From IMG/VR virus record IMGVR_UViG_3300018080_000352, positions 1 through 37,135 of that record: DNA of 37,135 bases. The stretch is one strand, 5' to 3'. The notes under the pieces were generated by a model. That model was not told where the DNA came from. It did no database searches and worked only from the letters and a program-made list of their open reading frames with translations. This DNA comes from a virus. Lineage: Duplodnaviria > Caudoviricetes. Positions 8,284 through 15,618 of this stretch are shown piece by piece. The position numbers and the translations under genes are program-made. Each line of letters begins with the position of its first letter. Within the stretch, counting starts at the first letter, position 1.

Positions 8284-8308
8284 GGTGTGTTTCCCCTAAT
8301 TGCGTGAA

Positions 8309-8334
8309 TAGGGGATAGAATGAAACACCGATAC
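8309..8334. repeat. IR3 right arm
   Basis: TAGGGGATAGAATGAAACACCGATAC. Confidence 0.97.
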
Positions 8335-8905
8335 CCGATCTAATCCGCCAGTTTCGCAACGGTGGACGTGATCGGGCTATCGGTGATTATTGGGCTGTTT
8401 TTTACGGAACCGTACGGGTGGGATTCGGCGGGGTCAATTCCCCGATGCCATCACGTTAGATATAGCAACGGAAACCCGCATCAACACAATTGACCGTAAC
8501 CGATTCAGTAATCGGTAGCCAATTGCGTGATCGGCATTGCTAGTGCGGTGGTGATGGCATTCACCCGGATTGCACGGTTCACGTTATCCAAATTGTTTAC
8601 GACCCGTAACGTGTGGCCCCCGGTATTCTGTCGGATTGACCCGTTGTCAATCGTTGACCTATTCTGGCCACCGGATGCCGCTGTCTAGCGTAAATGCCCC
8701 CTGTTATCGGTTCCCCGCCACGGTTCCCCGCAACGGTTGGGTTGTGTTTCCCACAACCGGACACCCGCCACACGCCCCGATCCAATCCCGCTAATCGACT
8801 GGACCGGTGATTCTGTCGCCTACTGGCATTCCCGTGGGTTCCCGTCCATTTCGCAACGGTCGGTCGCCCGATAGCCCGTAGTTGGCGTTAACGTTCAACG
8901 CCAGT
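8335..8905 (-). ncRNA. Candidate large structured RNA or 5' leader
   Basis: Many nested helices whose mismatches become G-U only on the minus strand; closing stem 8868-8878/8373-8383; promoter immediately upstream; no credible ORF. Confidence 0.55.
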
Positions 8906-8912
8906 ATTGGCA

Positions 8913-8941
8913 ATTAGATCAAATCGGGCATTCTATGTCAA
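8913..8941 (-). promoter_or_regulatory. Sigma70-like leftward promoter
   Basis: TTGACA-17 nt-TCTAAT; the -10 lacks the usually important second-position A. Confidence 0.5.
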
Positions 8942-9207
8942 CCCCACCCGATCTAGCGGGGTAGGTTACCCAGTTTAACATGCCCCAGGATTGCCCAGAA
9001 TCGCCCCTGACGGGTTCGATTCTGACACCTAGTTTCGTCCGCAAACCACTAACAGGCTGGCGTACCATCGCGGGGAACCGTGTCAGAACCGCCCCAGACG
9101 GGATCGGTGGATCGCAACCGGAAACACCCCAGGTGGCACCTGGCAGCGTACGTACAATGGGGGGGGTAGGCACCCCGCTATTGCTGACGGGTCGCCCGCT
9201 AATCGAC

Positions 9208-9293
9208 GGTCCAGGGGATCGGGGTCCAGGGTCCAGGGTCCAGGGTCCAGGGGATCGGTGTCGATCGGTGATCAGTGATCAGTGATCGGTGAT
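9208..9293 (+). repeat. Heptamer tandem repeats (GGGTCCA)x4 and (GATCRGT)x4
   Basis: Units at 9222-9249 and 9263-9290; six GATC sites between 9217 and 9287. Confidence 0.9.
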
Positions 9294-9329
9294 AGGGTAT
9301 AAACACTGCCACCCAATGGTGGGGAAGAG

Positions 9330-9357
9330 TTGCCAAAACAGATTATCGTGGTAGAGT
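9330..9357 (+). promoter_or_regulatory. Sigma70-like promoter, probably giving a leaderless mRNA
   Basis: TTGCCA-16-TAGAGT with TG extension; ATG 6 nt after the -10; no SD. Confidence 0.55.
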
Positions 9358-9363
9358 GGTTGC

Positions 9364-10029
9364 ATGGATACCCAACCCCAACAACTCGATGACACGGACC
9401 TGGTGGAACTCCCGTTTGTTGACATTGCCGACCTTTCTGGAAGGAAGCGGCAGGAACAATTACTCCCCGGTGTGGTCCGGCGAATGGAAAGGCCGCGTGG
9501 TTCTTTCTCGATCCGCGTTGATCCAGACTTGTCTACGGCCGATGATATCCACAAGAGCTACGGGCAGACCACGTCCATGGGAATTTGCCGGTTCGTCCAG
9601 TTGCTCTTCATTGCTAACGAGACGATTCCCAAGCATGCTCGTATGACGGATGAGCAGTTAGCCCGCATCTTGGTTTCTGAGTTCCCTGAATCCAAACGTG
9701 TGAAGAACCATCCCCGCTCCAGGCTAATGAGCTACTACAGAAGCCACTACAACTCTGGCAGCCTGATACCGAAAGAAGGTGTACCCTTGCTGAAGTCTCG
9801 GCGGTACACCAAATCGGGCGAGATTGCGAACGGGTACAACGGGAAAGCATTGCGGGGCTTGAAGAAACTTGAAGCCGACGAAGAACAAGCCGCACAGGTG
9901 GCAGAGTGGAAACGGAACGGGTCTGTCGGGGTCAAGGTATCAAAGCCTCGACACCGTGATCACGGACAGACCGGTCAGCCCGAAGAAGGCTTTGCCGAGC
10001 AAGAGGATTGGGGGATGGGCGGCCAGTAA
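9364..10029 (+). CDS. Hypothetical protein, possibly a DNA-binding regulator
   Basis: 221 aa; divergent from the early operon with its own promoter; helical basic segment TDEQLARILVSEFP...YYRSHYN. Confidence 0.55.
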   Translation: MDTQPQQLDDTDLVELPFVDIADLSGRKRQEQLLPGVVRRMERPRGSFSIRVDPDLSTADDIHKSYGQTTSMGICRFVQLLFIANETIPKHARMTDEQLARILVSEFPESKRVKNHPRSRLMSYYRSHYNSGSLIPKEGVPLLKSRRYTKSGEIANGYNGKALRGLKKLEADEEQAAQVAEWKRNGSVGVKVSKPRHRDHGQTGQPEEGFAEQEDWGMGGQ

Positions 10030-10502
10030 CCCATCGGGCAGGTCCAGACTCTTCCGCGTGCTTTGTATTTCGCTGCACACCCACACTTTCTACACCGGCC
10101 CCTCTCTCTGGAAAAGAAGCGGCAGGCCTTGCAAGTCTCCAGCCGGGCGTCGTAGGTTTTTTGGTCTACGATCCGCATACCGTCAGCGACGAACACTTGC
10201 ATGCTCTTCAGAAAGTTGCTGACTTGTTCGTGCAGTGGCGGCATGTCTTGTGGCGACACGGCTTGTGCTAGTTTTTGTTCATGCTGGCCCGGTCCGGTCC
10301 CTCTGTCCCATGCGTCGGTGAACTTTGGGTTTGTGGTGTAGAGTTTGCACCAGTGCGGATTCATTCTGCAACCAAGCCGGGGACAAGGGTAACCCCGCTT
10401 GCCGGATGTTGGCAGTTGACAGTCTTTGCACTCGATCAGGCTGCTGCTGGGGTTACTACTGCTATCCATGTTCCACCTTCTGTCTGATCGCAGCAGCCGC
10501 AT
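9975..10502 (-). CDS. Cys-rich protein with DUF6171-like C-terminus (start uncertain)
   Basis: RLETCKAC...RCRKCGC...CPMGYW; last gene of the structural run. Confidence 0.6.
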   Translation of the reverse strand: MRLLRSDRRWNMDSSSNPSSSLIECKDCQLPTSGKRGYPCPRLGCRMNPHWCKLYTTNPKFTDAWDRGTGPGQHEQKLAQAVSPQDMPPLHEQVSNFLKSMQVFVADGMRIVDQKTYDARLETCKACRFFSRERGRCRKCGCAAKYKARGRVWTCPMGYWPPIPQSSCSAKPSSG

Positions 10503-11551
10503 CGTTCAGGATCAAAACCTGGCTCGTGCGACGGCACCACTTTTGTAGGGAATGTGATACTGAAGGGATCGCAAGTGTAGGTGAGTTCGCCGTAGTCAAA
10601 CTGCATACAGTCATCTTCCACCGTTGAGCCATCGTCGTGGTCCGACGTCAGCCAAAAGGCGGAAGTCTCTGTGCCGTTTGGGTCACCGTAACAATACAGC
10701 TTCCACATAATGTTGGCGGAATCGTAAAGTGGGGGACCGGTGCCGTACATGCAAGACGGGTCGTCCGATGCCCCCTTCCAACAGCCCTCTACAATGTCGT
10801 AGGATAGGTTGACGGTTACGTCGTTCAACTCGTCTTCACAACCAGCGGTTGCGATGAACGTCAGTACAAGTTCACGAGGGATGCAAAAGATGTCGCCGTC
10901 TTCGTAACAACGGCATTGCTTGATACAGCATACGTAGCCACTGGGGTAGTCCGGAACGTTTGCGTCACTGCCCTCGTAATTTTCCAGGTAGTAGTTGTCA
11001 AAGTTGGCTTGTTCCGCCGTGCCGTTGTACAGCCCGGAATAGAACCCGTCTTCGTAGAGGCCGCTGATGCAAGCGTAGGCCGTGGCTTCACCCACGGTGA
11101 CCGTGAAACTGTCCTCGGTTATGCAGACCTGGATACCGTCCGCCGCAATCGCTTCGTCGATGACGTCTGGTGGGTCAACCAACAAAGTGTTCACGTCGTA
11201 GAGGCGGATTTCCACGAACCCGAGACCGTCCCATTCGACTTCGCAATGGAAGTAGTGTGTGCCGTCCTTGTAGTTGGCTATGATTCCGTAGGCTACTTCG
11301 TCTTGTCTGTTGGCCAGTTCGACTGAGATGGATTGTTCCTCGGTAGTGGTGCGTACTTGGCAGATGGCCTTGGCGTCGGCGGTCCCATCTTCCTCCAACG
11401 TGTTAGATGCGATGGACCACACCCCAGCCGCTTCCACCCAGTCATCGCCCAGGTATGGGGAATCGGTCCGGTTGAAGTCGTCGGCGAATATCAAGCACGA
11501 ACAACAGCAGAGAAGAGGGTCGTCCAGTACGTCCATGTGTCTGAAGGTCAT
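10436..11551 (-). CDS. Cys-rich acidic virion/tail-tip protein with ConA/LamG-like beta-sandwich
   Basis: CCCSC then IFADDFNR...LGDDWVE; about 22 Cys; AAGGAGG RBS; follows the tail-hub candidate. Confidence 0.55.
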   Translation of the reverse strand: MTFRHMDVLDDPLLCCCSCLIFADDFNRTDSPYLGDDWVEAAGVWSIASNTLEEDGTADAKAICQVRTTTEEQSISVELANRQDEVAYGIIANYKDGTHYFHCEVEWDGLGFVEIRLYDVNTLLVDPPDVIDEAIAADGIQVCITEDSFTVTVGEATAYACISGLYEDGFYSGLYNGTAEQANFDNYYLENYEGSDANVPDYPSGYVCCIKQCRCYEDGDIFCIPRELVLTFIATAGCEDELNDVTVNLSYDIVEGCWKGASDDPSCMYGTGPPLYDSANIMWKLYCYGDPNGTETSAFWLTSDHDDGSTVEDDCMQFDYGELTYTCDPFSITFPTKVVPSHEPGFDPERCGCCDQTEGGTWIAVVTPAAA

Positions 11552-11563
11552 GGTAAAGCCTCC

Positions 11564-13180
11564 TTAGCATGGGCGAAGATTGATTACGTATACGGGACGG
11601 TTGGAAGAAGGGGAACCGGTTGTGGCACGCCCGACTTGTTTCCCCATGAAGTAGAACTCGTCGTCCAGGTCGTTGGAGAAGGCAGCCGATGGGCTGTCGA
11701 TGGGTCGAAGCCAACAACTGTCGCCATCGGTGTAAACGCCCTCAGGACTGATGCGGCATATTTTGCCGGACAGCATCCAATCGTTTGTCTCCGTTATGTT
11801 GGTGTCGACATTACGTACCAGTTGGAGATGGCGTGGATAGACCGGGTAGGTTTTGCGTGCAAAGTCAGGACCGAATATCGTCTCGTTGAAGTTGAACAAT
11901 TGTTGTACGGATCGCGGCGGGTCGTTGACAAGTTGGGTTAGAGCAATGCCCGTTACACCGGCAGTGTGAACCGATGCGATGAGAGAGGATTGTCGGCCGA
12001 AGAGTTCGGTAGTCATGCCATACTGATCGCCAGTATCGGCCCACCGGATAGCGTTGACACGAGGTCCAGGTAGGACGTCGGTGTGAAGTCCCGCTCGGAC
12101 ATGGTATAGACTCGACATGCGTTGGATGCGGGAATTGTAGGAGTCTGCAATGTCCGCCGCAATGTCTGCAAGGTCGGCGGCGTTGTCGGGAGTAGTGGCC
12201 GAGTAGTCGTATTCGGCGGGGTGGTTGTTCCAGACGGCAAGCTTGGTTCCTGTGAGCGTGTGTTGTGCGTTGGTGTTTACTTCTACTCCGTACACGGCTT
12301 CAGTTATCCAGTTATGGGTAGCCTCCTTGAATGCGTCATTCTCAGAACCGTGTTCGTCATCTACGCGAGGGAAGAAGACTTCCAACTTTTCTGGAAGGAA
12401 TGTGTCCAAGCCGTAGTTGTACGGCATGGCATAATGTATCAGATCGTCGGGGTTGGCCTCTAGATTTACGAAGGCCAGGTCTTCGCCCCGCATGTCGTGG
12501 ATTGGGTACTCGCCGCCGGAAGTGGTGGGGTCGTACCAAATGTCGTGGACTATTGATCCGAGTACAGTGTTGTAAGCGTCCCATGCAGACATGCCCAGGA
12601 ACCGGAATGCCTCGGGCTGTTCGGTCCAAGTGAAGGCCCCGTCCAGTTGGGGAGTACCGACAGAGGTCGGGAGGTTTGACCAGATGTCGTTCAGTAGCGT
12701 TTGCCAAGTCCACTTGGAACCGCTGTTTAGGGTGTCGTGGTAGTAGGCGTCTGCGGTTGTAGGGTGGGTGGGACAGCGGACGTTGTACTGATCGTTGATA
12801 GTAGAGAAGATTTGCTCGGCTCGGGCATCGACAAAAAGACAGAGGAACGGTGTGGTATCGTCGGCTTCACCGCCGCCCGCATACAGGGCTGTTGCTCGAA
12901 GGAGACGGAGGCCGTAGATATTTACGGTGGTCGCCGCATTCCCTTCTTCGGCCCAGGAAAACTTGAGGGTGAGTCCGGTTTTGAGGTTGAGCGAATCGAG
13001 GGATGCCTTGTCAAGAAGGAGGTAGGCGTATCCGGGATTGCGGCCCAGGGCAGAGTAGAAACTGTTGGGCAACCCATGCCAGTGGTCGACGGGTAACCCG
13101 TTTTTGACGGCTTGCTCGGCAAGTGATTTGGGGTCGAGACATGGTTTCCCGGCAAGCTCTATGAATGTTTCTACGATCAT
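11564..13180 (-). CDS. Putative tail tip/baseplate hub protein
   Basis: 538 aa, acidic and beta-rich; MSAWDAYNTVL segment resembles hub proteins; late-module position. Confidence 0.45.
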   Translation of the reverse strand: MIVETFIELAGKPCLDPKSLAEQAVKNGLPVDHWHGLPNSFYSALGRNPGYAYLLLDKASLDSLNLKTGLTLKFSWAEEGNAATTVNIYGLRLLRATALYAGGGEADDTTPFLCLFVDARAEQIFSTINDQYNVRCPTHPTTADAYYHDTLNSGSKWTWQTLLNDIWSNLPTSVGTPQLDGAFTWTEQPEAFRFLGMSAWDAYNTVLGSIVHDIWYDPTTSGGEYPIHDMRGEDLAFVNLEANPDDLIHYAMPYNYGLDTFLPEKLEVFFPRVDDEHGSENDAFKEATHNWITEAVYGVEVNTNAQHTLTGTKLAVWNNHPAEYDYSATTPDNAADLADIAADIADSYNSRIQRMSSLYHVRAGLHTDVLPGPRVNAIRWADTGDQYGMTTELFGRQSSLIASVHTAGVTGIALTQLVNDPPRSVQQLFNFNETIFGPDFARKTYPVYPRHLQLVRNVDTNITETNDWMLSGKICRISPEGVYTDGDSCWLRPIDSPSAAFSNDLDDEFYFMGKQVGRATTGSPSSNRPVYVINLRPC

Positions 13181-13255
13181 GGCGAAGGCCGGATTTGTGG
13201 AGGGCTACAGTGAGAGTGTGCGGGGGTGCTTGTTAGTGTGTGCAGGCGGAGTTAT

Positions 13256-13433
13256 AACCCGAATTGAAATCACGTTTTTTGGATGGCGGGTGCGGCACAC
13301 CTACGGTGTATGTATGTGTAGTAGTGTATATACACTAATAAATATATTTAACCCCTATGGGGGGTCTAGGTCCACCGGGGGGTGGATCGTCAGCCGCACC
13401 CATCACCCTAAAAACGTGATTTCAATTCGGGTT
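13256..13433. repeat. Nested inverted repeat and palindrome cluster (candidate origin)
   Basis: Perfect 24-bp arms 13256-13279/13410-13433, inner 9-bp arms 13288-13296/13393-13401, AT-rich palindromes at 13322-13337 and 13339-13350. Confidence 0.85.
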
Positions 13434-13456
13434 GTTAAAGTGGTTGCACGACGTTG

Positions 13457-13549
13457 TTAGCGTCGCCGCTTGTTGCGGAGGCGGTAGAACCGCTTGCGTT
13501 TGGGACGGTAGGTTTTGGCACGGGGTTTCTTCTTGTAGCTAGAACACAC
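13457..13549 (-). CDS. 30-aa protamine-like peptide MCSSYKKKPRAKTYRPKRKRFYRLRNKRRR
   Basis: Not in the ORF track; GTG start 2 nt after the upstream stop, AAGGA 8 nt upstream, TAA stop. Confidence 0.6.
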   Translation of the reverse strand: MCSSYKKKPRAKTYRPKRKRFYRLRNKRRR

Positions 13550-13551
13550 GG

Positions 13552-13815
13552 CTACAGTCCTTTCTTGTCAAGGTAACCAAACTTGGAACCGGCCGAACCT
13601 CGAAGACGGAGGTTGCTGGACGGCCGAACCTTTTTGACCGTACCGTATCCACGGACCGAAGCATGTCCACCGGATTGCATGTGCATCCGTCTCCAAGCGG
13701 AGAGGTGCTTGAGTCGATTGGGTAAGGCTTTGAAGGCAGAGGAGCGAACCGATTTGACGTGACTGATCTCGCGGACACGTCCCCACCTCACACTTTTCAT
13801 TCTTTTGACCGGCAT
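13552..13815 (-). CDS. Small highly basic protein
   Basis: GAGGA RBS directly after the portal stop; K/R-rich. Confidence 0.6.
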   Translation of the reverse strand: MPVKRMKSVRWGRVREISHVKSVRSSAFKALPNRLKHLSAWRRMHMQSGGHASVRGYGTVKKVRPSSNLRLRGSAGSKFGYLDKKGL

Positions 13816-13824
13816 GGGATTCCT

Positions 13825-15051
13825 CTACTGGGCGATAGAGTATCGAGGAGCGTAACCTGCGGGTGGTGAATTCGATATGAGTATGGCTGAGTTGTCGTCT
13901 TCCTGGAAGGAAGCGACTGAGGATTCGTCGTCGTCTTCCATTTGCTCTTCGGGCGACTCTTCTTCTTGTTCCGGTTTCAGCAGCGGGAACGGGACGATAT
14001 CGAAAGCAACGTCGGGATAGTAGACGTCCATCAGGTTTTGCATGATTTGGTTTTTGAAGTCGAAGGACATCCAGTACACGATTTCTTGGAGAATGGAGAA
14101 GAAGGCATCGAGCGGTACGCGACGTCCGGCGTAAGCACCGGTACCTTCGGCCCGGCCGACTTCTGGAGGTACTCCCATTCCTTCCCAGATTTCGTCATCC
14201 AGGTCGTGGCCATACTCCATCAGGCCGGGAGGTGCCGCCATGACGGAAGCAGGTTCAAGGGACCAGAGGGGATTTCCGTTGGGGTCCACGTCGTTGGGCA
14301 TGGTGACTACGGCACCGTTGCGAGACTTCTCTCCGATTTCGCGGGCTAGGTCTTTTGCGGGTCGTTGTACGCCAGCTACCTCGGTGTTGACCATGCCGGG
14401 TGGGTGGCGGACGGTAGGACCAGCAAAGGCGTACTTGTAGAAGAAGAGTTTACGGCTGTCGCGGAACGCACCCGGCATCCACTTTTCGATCCAGGGTTGA
14501 TAGCAGCCGTGGAGTCGGGACTGGCCATAGTATGGATGCCTGTCTCGATTGTGGACGTGCCAGAAAAACTTGGGGCCTTGGAGTGTGACCTGTCTTTTGA
14601 ACGCATCGGACCTGTTGCTGGAGGGAACGTTGCGGATTTTGGCTGCGAAGGGTTCGCCTTCTAGGGTGATCAGTTTGCAGTCAAGGGGATGTAGGTCTTT
14701 TAGACCAACGAACATCACCTTGCCGTTTTCCTTGGCGTAGAGAACTTCGGAACAGGAGTAGCCCCACTCGATGGCTTTGAGGGCACGCATTGCCCCTCCT
14801 CTCCAGAAACGAGTAAGGTTGTCCTTGATATACTCTTTCGCTTCGGAATTGTCGCAGTCAACGAAGAACTTGGATTTGGATATCAACGGCCCTTTGATCA
14901 TCAAGAGACCAAACACCACTCGGGGATCACAGAGCATGGTTGTCACTACGTGCAGCGAGAATATCGGCATCGAGATCAACGGGTAGAGTTGACCGTAATA
15001 TGCCTGCGGTACGTAGTCGGCCGTTACTGGCTTGCCTGTGAGTTTCATCAT
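13825..15051 (-). CDS. Portal protein (DUF935/Mu gp29-like)
   Basis: KAIEWGYSCSEVLY, HPYYGQSRLHGCY, FFYKYAFAG motifs; about 408 aa. Confidence 0.75.
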   Translation of the reverse strand: MMKLTGKPVTADYVPQAYYGQLYPLISMPIFSLHVVTTMLCDPRVVFGLLMIKGPLISKSKFFVDCDNSEAKEYIKDNLTRFWRGGAMRALKAIEWGYSCSEVLYAKENGKVMFVGLKDLHPLDCKLITLEGEPFAAKIRNVPSSNRSDAFKRQVTLQGPKFFWHVHNRDRHPYYGQSRLHGCYQPWIEKWMPGAFRDSRKLFFYKYAFAGPTVRHPPGMVNTEVAGVQRPAKDLAREIGEKSRNGAVVTMPNDVDPNGNPLWSLEPASVMAAPPGLMEYGHDLDDEIWEGMGVPPEVGRAEGTGAYAGRRVPLDAFFSILQEIVYWMSFDFKNQIMQNLMDVYYPDVAFDIVPFPLLKPEQEEESPEEQMEDDDESSVASFQEDDNSAILISNSPPAGYAPRYSIAQ

Positions 15052-15556
15052 TGGTCTCGCGGAACTCTAAGGGCGATGGACTGGAGTACTTGGTCGTGAG
15101 CGGATTGGGCCGCTTCTTTGTCTTGCGTGGCTTGCAGCACTATACCATAGGCTCGTTCTGGAGTCAACTGCGACTGAAGGCTTCGGTGGTGTAGTTCCTC
15201 GACTGCTTGGACCCTTGGGATATGTGCGTGGAGTAGGAGTAGTTGGGTTTGGGTTAGGTCGAATGGATTCAGATTGTAGGCGTAGGCGACGTCCGCATGG
15301 ATGCGGCTTTTTTTTTGAGGTCGTCCCACAGCGGTTCAATGGCCTTGATCATGAGCCAGGCTTGGGTCTGAGTGATGTCGTGGCCGTACTCTTGCTTGAC
15401 CATGTTGATGACGTCGGGGCCGTAGTGTTTGAATTCGGTCTTGTCGCCGATGTACTCTTCGAGAAGGAGTTTGAACTCGATCAACTCGACGGTGAAAGTC
15501 TCTCCGCTGGGAAGAGAGAATTCGAGCGACGCAGGGGTAAGTTCGATAGGCGGCAT
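15048..15556 (-). CDS. Tail-assembly-chaperone-like pair (G 15269-15556; GT via -1 frameshift at 15308-15316, ending 15048)
   Basis: Two overlapping ORFs; A9 run (DDLKKK) just before the first stop; the second ORF is in the -1 frame and has no good start. Confidence 0.6.
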
Positions 15557-15569
15557 GGTTTCACCTTGT

Positions 15570-15618
15570 GGGTAATGGGTAATGGGTAATGGGTAATAGG
15601 TAAGGGGTAAGGGGTAAT
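15570..15618 (+). repeat. Heptamer tandem repeat, about 7 copies of GGGTAAT/GGGTAAG
   Basis: Fills the intergenic gap between the 611-aa gene and the chaperone. Confidence 0.95.

Noticed and set aside
6615-8334. IR-flanked cassettes as IS elements or integron cassettes
   Set aside because: No transposase or integrase in the window, arms differ between cassettes, and no target-site duplications or attC-type boxes were seen. DNA inversion is not fully excluded.
9012-9028. GGTTCGATTC resembling a tRNA T-loop
   Set aside because: No 5-bp T-stem, acceptor stem or anticodon arm can be built.
8570-9285. Short ORFs in the control region (8570-8794, 8597-8785, 8919-9173, 8980-9285)
   Set aside because: No convincing RBS or protein-like composition; they run through RNA helices and tandem repeats.
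9208-9293. Possible CRISPR array
   Set aside because: 7-nt tandem units with no unique spacers and no cas genes.
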